A stretch of 64,000 bases of DNA from an uncultured delta proteobacterium (GTDB lineage: Bacteria > Desulfobacterota > Syntrophia > Syntrophales > UBA5619). The first letter of the stretch is position 1, and every line of letters begins with the position of its first letter. Positions 41,831 to 52,680 of the stretch are shown here, in pieces. A model generated the notes under the pieces. It was not told where the DNA came from and did no database searches. It saw only the letters and a program-made list of their open reading frames with translations. Where the stretch lies: NCBI GenBank assembly GCA_963817385.1, contig CAWFOM010000016.1:110122-174121 (forward strand), given 5' to 3'. The translations under genes and the position numbers were made by a program.

Positions 41831-42219
41831 GGAGCCCCTCCTTATGTTAGAGAAAATCACCTATGAAATGTGAAGAAGCTCAGATAGGTTGCCTCAATTG
41901 CCATCGATCATACAATAATCCGTCTTTATCATAGAGGCAAGAAAAATTACTGTAAAGATTGATCCCGATTATGTTCCGGGGTGTTGACAGCATCCTCGTG
42001 CTTGAGGTCCCGAACGAAAATTATTATCATAGCCTGCCTAGATTACGATACTTCGCATTGGCAGGTCCCTCCGTGCAGCCAGAAATTCCTGATAGCGGTG
42101 TCATTTCCATTGACAATTTCTCTGTTTTTTGACCAGATCAAAAACTGGAGAACAGGCATAATGATAACGATCATTCAAGAATGGACGGGCTTGCCGTTTA
42201 TGAATCCTGGTTATATTTG

Positions 42220-43368
42220 ATGGCAATATACCTGATTGTGCTGATGTGCACCTTGAACCATGCCGGGTTTGGGGGAAGTCGGGTCGCGGTTTCGCTTTAC
42301 GCCCTTGAACTCGGGGCGAACCAGTTTGCGATTGGGGTGCTGATGGCGCTCTACGGACTGTGTCCGATGCTCCTGGCAGTCTCTATCGGCAAGCTGGCTG
42401 ATCGCATCGGCTCGCGGCTGCCCATGCTGCTGGGTACCGCGGGCATATCCATGGCGCTGTTGCTTCCACCGCTCTTTCCCGGGCTTGTCACGCTTTACAT
42501 CTTGGCTCTGCTGATCGGCACGTCATTTCAATTCTTTTTTGTCGCCGTGACGGGTATCGCAGGCGGCATCGGCGGCGTGGGAAACCGTGTCCGCAATTAC
42601 GCACTGCTCAGTCTCGGATTTTCCGGCGCGGGTTTCCTGGGACCCATGGCAGCGGGATTTTCGATCGACCATCTCGGCCACTTACCCACCTTCGGGCTTC
42701 TCGCCTCATTTCCGTTGATACCTCTGCTGTTGCTTTGGTTCAAGCCGGGATTTCTCCCCCCTGCCGGTAAACGTGAGGCGGCGGACGGACAGCGAAACGC
42801 GCTCGACCTGTGGCGCATCCCGATCCTGCGCAACACCTTCATCGCAAGCGGCATCATATCGTCGGCGTGGGATCTCTTTCAGTTCTACCTGCCGATCTAT
42901 GGTTACTCGATAGGCCTGTCTGCAACCGCCATCGGTACGGTACTCGGCGTTTTTGCGCTCGCTACGTTCGTAATCCGCATGGCCCTGCCCCGTCTGATAA
43001 AAATGTCACCTGAGGCGGCAATCCTGACATATGCGATCTTCGTAGCGGCGGTGGCCTTCGTGCTGTTCCCGTTTTTCCGGAATGCCACTGCTCTGGCGGC
43101 CATTGCGTTCCTCCTGGGACTCGGCTGCGGATGCGGCCAGCCGCTGTCGATGTCTTTGATCTATGCGCTTTCGCCGCCGGGGCGCGTGGCGGAATCCAGC
43201 GGCCTGCGGGTGACGGTAAACAATTTCGCGCATCTGGTGATCCCGCTTGTCTTCGGGAGTTTGGGTACGGTATTCGGCTTCTTTCCGGTATTTGTTTCAA
43301 ACTCGGTGATGCTGGTCGCCGGCGGTTTTCTCATGCGCAGGAACAACGCGCCGCGATCCGGGGTATAG
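42220..43368 (+). CDS. MFS transporter
   Basis: GKLADRIGSR; multiple TM helices. Confidence 0.88.
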   Translation: MAIYLIVLMCTLNHAGFGGSRVAVSLYALELGANQFAIGVLMALYGLCPMLLAVSIGKLADRIGSRLPMLLGTAGISMALLLPPLFPGLVTLYILALLIGTSFQFFFVAVTGIAGGIGGVGNRVRNYALLSLGFSGAGFLGPMAAGFSIDHLGHLPTFGLLASFPLIPLLLLWFKPGFLPPAGKREAADGQRNALDLWRIPILRNTFIASGIISSAWDLFQFYLPIYGYSIGLSATAIGTVLGVFALATFVIRMALPRLIKMSPEAAILTYAIFVAAVAFVLFPFFRNATALAAIAFLLGLGCGCGQPLSMSLIYALSPPGRVAESSGLRVTVNNFAHLVIPLVFGSLGTVFGFFPVFVSNSVMLVAGGFLMRRNNAPRSGV

Positions 43369-43485
43369 CAGGCGTCATTTGGTATCGTTCGTAAAAAAAT
43401 GTTTCACCGATGAACATATCGTGGCATACTATGAGAGTTCAGGGGGATTCCCCTGCACGGACACACCAACCGGGAAAGGAACCGT

Positions 43486-43995
43486 ATGCTGGAATTGCTG
43501 AGAAAAAGAAGAAGCATCCGAAAATTCAAGAAGGACCGAATTGCCCAGGCCACCATAGATGATCTGAAAGAAGCGGTATTGCGGTCTCCCTCTTCACGGA
43601 ACAACCGGCCATGGAAATTCTTCTTCGTGCAGGATGCAGAGGTTCTCACGAGACTGTCCCGCTGCAAGGAAAGCGGATCCGCTTTCCTGAAAGACGCATC
43701 TCTTGCGGTGGTGGTCTGCGGCGATGAAACCCTATCCGACGTATGGATCGAGGATTGTTCCATCGGCGCGATCATCCTGCACCTGACCGCCGAAAGCCTG
43801 GGCTTGGGGGGCTGCTGGATCCAGATAAGAAATCGGATACACAGCGCCGAGACGACAGCCGAGGATTATGTGCGCAACATCCTCGGTATCGTCCACCCGC
43901 TCAGGGTTTTAGCCATCATCGCCATCGGACTTCCGGATGAGGTCAAGGCCGGCCATCCCTATGAAAAGCTCGATCACGGGAAAATCGTCGCGTAA
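43486..43995 (+). CDS. Nitroreductase family protein
   Basis: RRSIRKF, SPSSRN..PW, LGLGGCW. Confidence 0.92.
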   Translation: MLELLRKRRSIRKFKKDRIAQATIDDLKEAVLRSPSSRNNRPWKFFFVQDAEVLTRLSRCKESGSAFLKDASLAVVVCGDETLSDVWIEDCSIGAIILHLTAESLGLGGCWIQIRNRIHSAETTAEDYVRNILGIVHPLRVLAIIAIGLPDEVKAGHPYEKLDHGKIVA

Positions 43996-44069
43996 CACCG
44001 TGCCGGCATCCCTGATCAAGCCGTTGTGGGCGCTCCTGCTGGCATGCAGCGTGAGTTCCTGCGGAGCAA

Positions 44070-45893
44070 TTACGCGTACTTCTCCTCGCGGTAATGGGCC
44101 ATCCGGACCTGAGGGTCCAGATCCCGCTTCCTCAGGCGGATGCTCTCGGGAGTCACCTCGACGAGCTCGTCCTCGGCGATGAACTCGATGCATTGATCGA
44201 GCGACATCGGCCGCGCCGCTCTCAGGATGACGGTCTGGTCCGACGTGGAGCTCCGCATGTTCGTGAGCTTCTTCTCCTTGACGATGTTGACGTTCATGTC
44301 GATGGAGCGGTTCCGCTCCCCGACGACCATCCCGCCGTAGACTTCGGTTCCCGGCGTCACTATCAGCTCGCCCCGATCCGCCATGGCATGGGCGGCATAG
44401 GCGGTTACCCGTCCCGGCCGGTCGGCCACGAGCGCCCCCGTCACCCGCTGCGGGATCGCGCCGAACCAGGGTTCATACCCCTCGAAGAGGGTGTTCATCA
44501 CGCCGGCGCCTTTCGTGTCGGTAAGGAAGTGGCTCCGAAAGCCGATGAGGCCGCGCGCCGGAATGATGAACTCCATGTTCACCCGGCCGCTCCCCTTGTT
44601 GACCAAGTTCACCATCCTCCCCTTTCTGACGGCGAGCTTCTCCGTGAGGACCCCCACGAACACCTCGGGGATGTCGAGGAAGAGGCGCTCGACCGGTTCG
44701 AGGACCTTGTCGCCCTCGGTCTTTGTGATCACCTGAGGCTTGGAGACCATGAACTCGTACCCCTCCCGGCGCATCGTCTCGATGAGGATCGCCATCTGTA
44801 GCTCCCCCCGCCCGCATACCTCGTAAGAGTCCGCCCTCTCCGTCGCCTTCACCCTAAGCGCCACGTTCCGGAGGATCTCCCGTTCGAGGCGATCGCGGAT
44901 GTGGCGGGAGGTGAGGTAGCGTCCTTCCCGGCCGGCCATCGGGCCGTTGTTGACAAAAAAGAGCATCGAGACGGTCGGTTCGTCCACGCGGATCCTGGGC
45001 AGGGGCCGCGGGTTCTCCAGGGAGGAGACCGTGTCGCCGATGTTGAGGTTCGAGACGCCGGCGAAGGCGACGATGTCACCCGCTTCGACCCGCTCCACCG
45101 GCACCTTCTTGAGGCCCGCAAAGGTGTAGATGGCGGAAAATTTGATCCCCGGGGTCACCGTCTTCTCGCCGCAGAGGCTATAGGCCTGACGCATCTCCAG
45201 GACGCCGTTCATCAGGCGTCCGATGGCGATCTGGCCGACATAAGAATCGTAGTCGAGGTTCGTCACGAGAAACTGCGGTGTCGCCTCGTCATCCCCCTCC
45301 GGTCCGGGGATCGCCGTGAGGATCGTCTCGAAGAGCGGCTGGAAATCCGTCGATGCGTCCCCCGGTTTCCGGTGGGCGACGCCGATTTTGGCGTTCGTGT
45401 AGAGGATGGGAAACTCGATCTGTTCCTCCGTGGCGTCGAGGTCGATGAAGAGGTCATACACCTCGTTGATCACCTCCTCGATCCGGGCGTCGGGACGGTC
45501 GATCTTGTTGATGACAAGAACGATGGGTATCCGCCGAGCGAGCGCCTTCTTCAGGACGAAGCGGGTCTGGGGGAGCGGACCTTCGCTCGCGTCGACCAGG
45601 AGCATCGCCCCGTCCACCATGTTGAGGCTCCGCTCGACCTCCCCGCCGAAATCGGCATGGCCCGGGGTGTCGCAGATATTGATCTTCGTCCCCGCATAGA
45701 AGATGGCCGTGTTCTTGGCCATGATCGTGATGCCCCGCTCGCGTTCGAGGTCGAGCGAATCCATCACGCGATCCTCCAGGACCTGGTGATCGTTGAAGGT
45801 TCCCGTCTGCCTGAGCATCCCATCCACAAGCGTTGTCTTGCCGTGATCTACGTGGGAAATAATAGCGATGTTTCTGATGTTTTTCTTGCGCAT
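44070..45893 (-). CDS. typA: Translational GTPase TypA/BipA
   Basis: [40 protein letters not shown]. Confidence 0.97.
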   Translation of the reverse strand: MRKKNIRNIAIISHVDHGKTTLVDGMLRQTGTFNDHQVLEDRVMDSLDLERERGITIMAKNTAIFYAGTKINICDTPGHADFGGEVERSLNMVDGAMLLVDASEGPLPQTRFVLKKALARRIPIVLVINKIDRPDARIEEVINEVYDLFIDLDATEEQIEFPILYTNAKIGVAHRKPGDASTDFQPLFETILTAIPGPEGDDEATPQFLVTNLDYDSYVGQIAIGRLMNGVLEMRQAYSLCGEKTVTPGIKFSAIYTFAGLKKVPVERVEAGDIVAFAGVSNLNIGDTVSSLENPRPLPRIRVDEPTVSMLFFVNNGPMAGREGRYLTSRHIRDRLEREILRNVALRVKATERADSYEVCGRGELQMAILIETMRREGYEFMVSKPQVITKTEGDKVLEPVERLFLDIPEVFVGVLTEKLAVRKGRMVNLVNKGSGRVNMEFIIPARGLIGFRSHFLTDTKGAGVMNTLFEGYEPWFGAIPQRVTGALVADRPGRVTAYAAHAMADRGELIVTPGTEVYGGMVVGERNRSIDMNVNIVKEKKLTNMRSSTSDQTVILRAARPMSLDQCIEFIAEDELVEVTPESIRLRKRDLDPQVRMAHYREEKYA

Positions 45894-45902
45894 GGTTTTC
45901 CC

Positions 45903-47492
45903 CTAAGCGGGGGTTCCTCCTCTTTCGTAACCTTTCCCTCCGCCCCGGCCGCTCCGCCGCCGTGGCCGTTTCTTCTTGCCACCGGTTATCTCCATCCGCT
46001 CGCCCGCCGGCGGCTCCGGCGCCTCTTCCACCGTATCTCCCGTCGGCGACTGGGGCGGGGCCTGGAGGGTCCGCTGATAGTAATCGTCCAGAAGCATGGC
46101 GATCAGTGGTGAGTCCTCCTCCGCCTCGGCCAGGGACCTGCCGAGCGGGATGAATCGCCGCATCCGCTCGTTCTCGAGGCCGTCGCGCGACCGGAGATTC
46201 GCCTCCAGGGAGGCGATGATCCGCTGGGCGACGATCGCCTCGACATCCTCATCGGTGGGCATCGCTTTCTCGTGAAGATTGATATTGAAGTTCCGGGCGA
46301 TCGACCGGAGATTGAACTGCTCCATACCGGCCACCAGCGTTATGGCCGTGCCGCTTGCGCCGACGCGTCCCGTCCGCCCTGCGCGGTGGATGTAGAGCTC
46401 CGGGTCATCCGGGGGTTCGTACTGGATCACATGCGACAGATCGGGGATATCGATCCCGCGGGCCGCCACATCAGTCGCCACGAGGAAGCGCAGCGCTCCC
46501 TTGCGCACCCGCCCCATCACCCGCTCCCGCGCCCCCTGGGCGAGGTCGGAGCTGAGTTCATCGGCGTCGTAGCCGAAGCGCTTCAGGACGACCGTTACAT
46601 AGTGCACGGTCGATTTCATGTTGCAGAAGATGATCGCCGAAACAGGATTTTCCATCTCGATGATCCGGACGAGGGAACGCTCCCGCTGCATCCCCGGCAC
46701 GAGATAAAAGACGTGATCGGTCCCGGCCACATGGACATGCTCCCGGCTCAGACTCAGGAACTCCGGATTGCGGAGGAATTCTCCGGCGAGCCGGATCACG
46801 TAGGACGGAAAGGTCGCGGAGAACATGTAACCGTTGATCGACCGGCGCGGCAGGAACTGTTGGACCCGCTTCATGTCGGGATAGAATCCCATCGAGAGCA
46901 TCCGGTCCGCCTCGTCGAAAACGAGGATCTTGAGAGCGTCGAGATTGAGCGTCCCCTTGAGGAGGTGGTCGAGTATCCGCCCCGGCGTTCCCACGACGAT
47001 CTGCGCCCCGTCGCGGAAGGCGTCGAGCTGGGGTCCGTACTTAACGCCGCCATAGACCACGGCCGTCCGCACCCCGCGGTCTCCCCGAAGAAGCTCCGTC
47101 TCGCGGGCGACCTGCTGGGCCAATTCGCGGGTGGGCACAAGGACCAGGGCCTGGCAGGCGGTCTTCGCCGCATCGATCCGCTCGAGGATCGGCAGGATGA
47201 AGGCGCCCGTCTTGCCGCTCCCCGTCTGCGACTGGACCATCACATTGCGCCCCGCCAGCACGTAGGGGATCGCCCTCGCCTGCACCGGCAGGAGTTTCGT
47301 CCATCCCGCCCGCGCGCAGGCCGCTTGCAGTGACTCCGGCAATTCCTGCAGGATCACCTCCGGCAGGGCATTCTCTGGTTCGATCATCCGCTCCGGGCCC
47401 GGTTTCTGCGTACTCGGCTCCTCGATTACCGGCAGCTCTTCCGACCCGGCCGATCCGCCGTTTTTATTACGGTCTTCTTCCATGCTTTTCAC
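45903..47492 (-). CDS. DEAD-box RNA helicase
   Basis: TGSGKT, PTRELA, DEAD, SAT, HRAGRTGR. Confidence 0.95.
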   Translation of the reverse strand: MKSMEEDRNKNGGSAGSEELPVIEEPSTQKPGPERMIEPENALPEVILQELPESLQAACARAGWTKLLPVQARAIPYVLAGRNVMVQSQTGSGKTGAFILPILERIDAAKTACQALVLVPTRELAQQVARETELLRGDRGVRTAVVYGGVKYGPQLDAFRDGAQIVVGTPGRILDHLLKGTLNLDALKILVFDEADRMLSMGFYPDMKRVQQFLPRRSINGYMFSATFPSYVIRLAGEFLRNPEFLSLSREHVHVAGTDHVFYLVPGMQRERSLVRIIEMENPVSAIIFCNMKSTVHYVTVVLKRFGYDADELSSDLAQGARERVMGRVRKGALRFLVATDVAARGIDIPDLSHVIQYEPPDDPELYIHRAGRTGRVGASGTAITLVAGMEQFNLRSIARNFNINLHEKAMPTDEDVEAIVAQRIIASLEANLRSRDGLENERMRRFIPLGRSLAEAEEDSPLIAMLLDDYYQRTLQAPPQSPTGDTVEEAPEPPAGERMEITGGKKKRPRRRSGRGGGKGYERGGTPA

Positions 47493-47793
47493 TCCCGATT
47501 CGTTATGGTGACAGGGGGGCTGATCGTCCGTATGCGGTCAAGGGTGACACACCCGACCCGGAGGGATGCGCGTTCTTCCTGTACTTTGTGGGAAGTACTA
47601 TACGCCGGAAAAAGCAGTATGTCAAGGCATTTGCGCGCTAAGTTACCGAATATCGTTAAACTTTTATAAACGGGCGGGCGGCGGCGCAGGAGTGCGTCCC
47701 AAAGGCAAATTTCCCTTGAAGTTGCACTCCCAATTTGTTAAGCGGAGCGGGCAGGCCTGCGGCGGGGAGCCGCTCCCGATCATGGAATCGATT

Positions 47794-49098
47794 ATGGATC
47801 AAAAAAATTATCCGCCCGCATCGCTCGCCTGGCTTGTCTGGTGTCTGGGGGCGGCCTTTTACTTCAGCGGCTTCTACCATCGCGTCGCCCCCGCCGTCAT
47901 GACCGACCAGCTGATGGCCGATTTCAATATCGGCGCCGCGGCGCTGGGGAATTTCACCGCCTTCTATTTCTACAGCTACTTCCTCATGCAGGTCCCGACC
48001 GGCATCCTCGCCGATCACTGGGGTCCCCGAAAACTCCTGACGGCCGGAGCACTCATCGCCGCCTGCGGGACTCTCCTGTTCGCCTCGGCCTCGTCTCTTA
48101 TCCTGGCCGACCTGGGCCGGCTCCTCATCGGCGGCGCGGCCGGGGTCGGCTATGTCTCTCTGCTCTCGCTTGCGACACGCTGGTTTCCGGCCCGGTTCTT
48201 CGCCACCGTCAGCGGGCTCGCGCTCTTCAGCGGTGTCGCCGGGGCCGTATCAGCCGGCCCCCCGCTTCGCTTCCTCGTCGAGAGCTTCGGCTGGCGGGCG
48301 GTGATGTTCGCGGCGGCAGCGGCGCTCCTTGTAATCGGCGCGGCGATCTGGCGGATCGTCCGTGACGACCCCGCCCAAAAAGGCTACCGGAGCTATGCAC
48401 CTCCCTATCCCGAGACCGCCGTTTCCCCCAAGACTCTCCTCGAAGGCCTGATGACGGTCCTCGGCTATAAAAACATCTGGTACCTCTCCCTCGTCGGCTG
48501 CGGTTTGACGGGACCGGTCCTCGCCTTTGCCGGGCTCTGGGGGGTGCCCTATATGACCGCCCTTCACGGGATCCCGACCGCCGCCAGCTCGGCCATCACC
48601 TCGACGCTTCTCATTAGCTACGCGGTAGGGGCCATCGTCCTGGGCATCGTGTCGGACCGGATCGGCCTGCGCAAACCGGTGATCGTCGGCGGCGCGATCG
48701 CGGCCACAATCGCCTGGATTCCGATCCTCTTCTTCCCCGGGATTCCGCTCTGGCTCCTTGTCTTGCTGGTCATCCTCGCGGGTCTCGCGAACGGGTCGGT
48801 GACCCTCGGCTTCGCCTTCGCAAAGGAGTCAGTACCGCCCCGGTTTGCCGGCACGACGAGCGGGATTTACAACATGGGTTCGATCCTCGGGGCGATGATC
48901 CTTCAACCCGCCATCGGCTGGCTCCTCGACCGCAATTGGCAGGGGGACCTTGTCGGCGGCGTGAGGATCTACGACCTGGCTGCCTATCGTTCGGGTTTTT
49001 CGCTCATCATCGCCGTATCGGCCCTGGCGATCCTGGGGGGCGTGTTTACCGCCGAAACCCACTGCCGGCAGGAGATGTCAGGGAAAAGCAATACCTGA
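47794..49098 (+). CDS. MFS transporter
   Basis: GILADHWGPR, GIVSDRIG; about 12 TM helices. Confidence 0.9.
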   Translation: MDQKNYPPASLAWLVWCLGAAFYFSGFYHRVAPAVMTDQLMADFNIGAAALGNFTAFYFYSYFLMQVPTGILADHWGPRKLLTAGALIAACGTLLFASASSLILADLGRLLIGGAAGVGYVSLLSLATRWFPARFFATVSGLALFSGVAGAVSAGPPLRFLVESFGWRAVMFAAAAALLVIGAAIWRIVRDDPAQKGYRSYAPPYPETAVSPKTLLEGLMTVLGYKNIWYLSLVGCGLTGPVLAFAGLWGVPYMTALHGIPTAASSAITSTLLISYAVGAIVLGIVSDRIGLRKPVIVGGAIAATIAWIPILFFPGIPLWLLVLLVILAGLANGSVTLGFAFAKESVPPRFAGTTSGIYNMGSILGAMILQPAIGWLLDRNWQGDLVGGVRIYDLAAYRSGFSLIIAVSALAILGGVFTAETHCRQEMSGKSNT

Positions 49099-49114
49099 CG
49101 CGGATGAACAGAAA

Positions 49115-50552
49115 TCACTCCTCGATGCCGGCCAGCCGCTTGGCGGCCTTTATCTTGGCAAGCGTGTTCGATTCCCGGAAGATGGTGAGCCGATGCGCGG
49201 CCGGAGAACCGCCGCCATGGATATCGGAGATGGTATCCGCGCTTTCCATGGCCATCTTCTCGATCAGCCGGAACATTTTGACCCGGTTTTCGACCGGTAC
49301 CTGGTCAACCCCTTTGAGGTACTTCTTCAGAAGCGGGCCGACGGCGGGATGGTCGAAATCCCGGTCGGACGGCAGATCCGCTACAAATCCGCCGGCCACA
49401 TCGATCATCAGGCGCGTCGCCTCGGCCATCTCCTTCCCCTCGTGAATCTTGGAGGCATTTGCCAGAACCGGGTCGATGAAGTAGGTGCCCGACGGCATCC
49501 GCCTGCCCTCATAGGAGGCTGCCAGAGAGCAGCCGTAGAGCGTTTCGGCGCGATGGATCATATCGATCACCTTTTCCTTGTGATGACCGACCTTATCCGT
49601 CCCATTATACGCCATCATGGTCAGGGCCGCTCCCACCATGCAGTCGATCTTACCGGCCTTGCACCCGCCGTGGCTCTGACGATGAAAGGCGGAGAAGTAG
49701 GCAACCAGGTCGGCGGCGAACTCCCATTCACCGCACAGAAACACCCGCTCCCACGGAACGAAGACATTATCGAAGATGACCGTCGGGGCGTATTTGGAGT
49801 ACTGGACGTTGCCGCAGTCGCACCCGTCCTGTTCCCGGGTGTCCAGGCTCGACCGGCCGACCACGTGGATGACGCCCGCCGTATCACTGGGAACGGCGAA
49901 GGCCACCGCGAACTCCTCCTCGCCCTTGCGCAGGGCGCGGGTGGGAAGAACGATGATCTCGTGGGCCGAGAGCGACCCGGTCTGATGGCACTTGGCGCCG
50001 CGCACAACGATGCCGTCATCCCGTTTTTCGACCACGTGGAGGTACACATCCGGATCCGCCTGCTCCTTGGGGCTGAGGTTTCGATCCCCCTTGACGTCCG
50101 TCACCCCGGCATTGGCCGCCAGATCGTTCTTCTGCATATACTTCAGAAAATCAATGAACCGCTTATTGTACTGTGTCCCGTACTTCTTATCGACGTCGTA
50201 CGTCGTCACGGACAGGGCAACCATGCAGTCCTGACCGGTGCATCTCTGGAAACAGGTGCCGACGCGCTGGCCCAGGAGCCGGTTTATCTTGACCCGGGCC
50301 ACCAGATCCTCGATCGACGCGGGCGGGTTGTTGAAGCGGTTGATCGGTTCGTCGATCAGTGCGCTGTGGGTCACGATCAGGTCGCGATATTCGGGCGTTT
50401 CGGCCAGTTCATAGGTCGCCCCCGTGGCCTCGATGCCGGCCCGGAGGCGCGGATTGTCGACAACGTTCTCGATCTTCTCTCCAAACATATACACTGTCGG
50501 TTTGAGCCGCCGGCAGCGACTCGATATATTCGGCTTTTGTCATCAGTCCCAT
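49115..50552 (-). CDS. 4-hydroxybutyryl-CoA dehydratase (AbfD)-like FAD/[4Fe-4S] protein; frameshift near 50512
   Basis: CFQRC, TDVKGDR, KCHQTG, HRQSHGGCK; N-terminus MGLMTKAEYIESL is in another frame. Confidence 0.88.
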
Positions 50553-50565
50553 ACTATTCCCTCGG

Positions 50566-51123
50566 TTATATCGGTATTTTGCCCATCGTTCCCCGGATGA
50601 GTTCAGCACCTTTTTCCAACATGGCGAGATTCACCTCCAGGGCTTTTCCCGCAAATCGCTTCCGGATCACGCCTGCCAGGCTCTCCATCCTCACCATCGG
50701 GATCCGGGCGATCATCGCCCCCAGGGCGAGGATATTGACGGCGGCAACGTTTCCCAGATCACTGGCCATTTGCGTAAAGGGATACCCGGCCATGGCTATC
50801 CCCGATCTGGCTTTCACCAGCGTCGTATCATAAAAAACAGGCACCCCTTTTTCCGCCGCCGGTGCGAATTTTTCCATGCTCTCCTCGGTCAAGGCCAGGA
50901 CGATATCCGGATCCTGAACCTGCTGGTAGATGATCTCTTCCCGGTCGATGATCACCTCGGCCATGGAGAAACCGCCGCGGCTGGCCGCTTCATAGGTTTG
51001 CGTCTGGACCACAACCTTCCCGTCCAGCATTGCCGCTTCTCCGAGCATGATGCCGGCAAGGACCAGCCCCTGGCCGCCCGATCCGGCCATGATGATCTCA
51101 TATCGCTCCTTGTGCTCACTCAT
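50566..51123 (-). CDS. korC: 2-oxoacid:ferredoxin oxidoreductase gamma subunit
   Basis: AGSGGQG, QTQTY..SRGG, NILALG. Confidence 0.88.
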   Translation of the reverse strand: MSEHKERYEIIMAGSGGQGLVLAGIMLGEAAMLDGKVVVQTQTYEAASRGGFSMAEVIIDREEIIYQQVQDPDIVLALTEESMEKFAPAAEKGVPVFYDTTLVKARSGIAMAGYPFTQMASDLGNVAAVNILALGAMIARIPMVRMESLAGVIRKRFAGKALEVNLAMLEKGAELIRGTMGKIPI

Positions 51124-51212
51124 CGCGCATCGTTGCCTTCCTCACACCCGTGACCATTATCCGTCTATCCCCCATACCCCAATCCCTCCCCCGTCGAGAA
51201 GGGGGGGTATTT

Positions 51213-52352
51213 TCATATAAACCGGATCGTCTTCAGGATTGCCTGCGGCGTGATGATCTGCCCGTTGTAGCTGTTGACCCGCCGGATATCCGCCCCGCCG
51301 CCCAAGACCCGCTGGACCTCCCCGGCCACCTGGCCGCTGTAGTTCATCTCCGTCACCACGACCGTCTTGGCCCTCCCCCCCAATAGCGCCACCTCCCGAT
51401 CGGCAAACGGCCACAGCGTGATGAGCTGCAGGACGCCGGCCCGGATCCCCTCCTTGCGGAGCTCCAGCGCCGCCGCCCGGCTCGCGCGGGTGGTCACCCC
51501 GAAGGCGATCAAAAGGACATCCGCATCCTCCGCGGCGAAGCTCTTGGTGAGGACGATCTCGTCCCGGTGCATCTCGATCTTCCGGTGCAGCTGGGCAACC
51601 CGCCACGCGGCGTTGGCGGGATCGTTGTTGCTGTACCCGTCCGGGCCGTGCATCGAGCTCGACACATGGGTGATATAATCGCTCCCGTACGCCGCCAGCG
51701 GCGCCACGCCGTCCGCGTCCGCCGTGAAGGGCTTGTAGAGCTCCGGGGGCACGGAGGGCTTTTTGCGGTCGATCACCTCCACCTCGCCCGGCTCAGGGAC
51801 ACGGAACGTTTCGCGCATGTGGCCCACGATCTCATCGGGCGACACGATCACCGGAACACGAAATTTTTCCGCCAGATTGAAGGCTTTCACCGTCATGAAA
51901 AAGCATTCGCTCACCGTCGCGGGACACAGCGCAATCACCATCTGGTCGCCGTGCCTGCCCCAGCGGAGCTGCATGACATCACCCTGCGCCGGTTTGGTCG
52001 AGAGCCCTGTACTCGGTCCGCGCCGCTGGACATCGATCACCACGCAGGGAACCTCGCCCATGACGGCAAGCCCCAGATTCTCCTGCATGAGCGAAAAACC
52101 CGGACCGCTCGTCGCCGTGAACGCCTTGGCGCCAGCCAGGGAAGCGCCGATCACGGCCGCGATGCTGGCGATCTCATCCTCCATCTGCATCGAGACGCCG
52201 CCCACCTGCAACATCACCTTCGAGCACTCTTCCGCGATTTCAGACGAGGGCGTTATGGGATAACCGGCATAAAACCGCGCCCCGGCATAAATGGCGGCCT
52301 CCGACATTGCCTGATTCCCCTGCATCAGTCTCACTTCCCGTCCCACGGTCAC
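51213..52352 (-). CDS. korA: 2-oxoacid:ferredoxin oxidoreductase alpha subunit
   Basis: GNQA, YAGYPITPSSE, QMEDE, TATSGPGFSLMQE, RRGPSTG. Confidence 0.92.
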   Translation of the reverse strand: MTVGREVRLMQGNQAMSEAAIYAGARFYAGYPITPSSEIAEECSKVMLQVGGVSMQMEDEIASIAAVIGASLAGAKAFTATSGPGFSLMQENLGLAVMGEVPCVVIDVQRRGPSTGLSTKPAQGDVMQLRWGRHGDQMVIALCPATVSECFFMTVKAFNLAEKFRVPVIVSPDEIVGHMRETFRVPEPGEVEVIDRKKPSVPPELYKPFTADADGVAPLAAYGSDYITHVSSSMHGPDGYSNNDPANAAWRVAQLHRKIEMHRDEIVLTKSFAAEDADVLLIAFGVTTRASRAAALELRKEGIRAGVLQLITLWPFADREVALLGGRAKTVVVTEMNYSGQVAGEVQRVLGGGADIRRVNSYNGQIITPQAILKTIRFI

Positions 52353-52680
52353 CCGTCCTTCCCTGGCCTGCCTCGACTCCGGTTCATGGCCTTCGTTGTC
52401 ACCATGCGCGGATTGCGCTTTATAATACGAATATTGTTGCTCATTTCGGTAACAATTGTTCCTACCAACACCGCCCGTAGCTGTCAAGCAAAAAAAGACC
52501 ACGTAACCGACGTCAATGGTGAAAGCTCCTCGCCAAAATGGACGGGATTGCGGTTTACCGCTGCCGGGGGAGCGTCTTGCGGGAAATGCCCATCAATGAT
52601 AATGATCTAACCACGATCTCAGCCGGGGCGACACGAGCGGGGAGGCGCGGCCGGTAAACGGACCGAAAAAAGGAGAAGCG

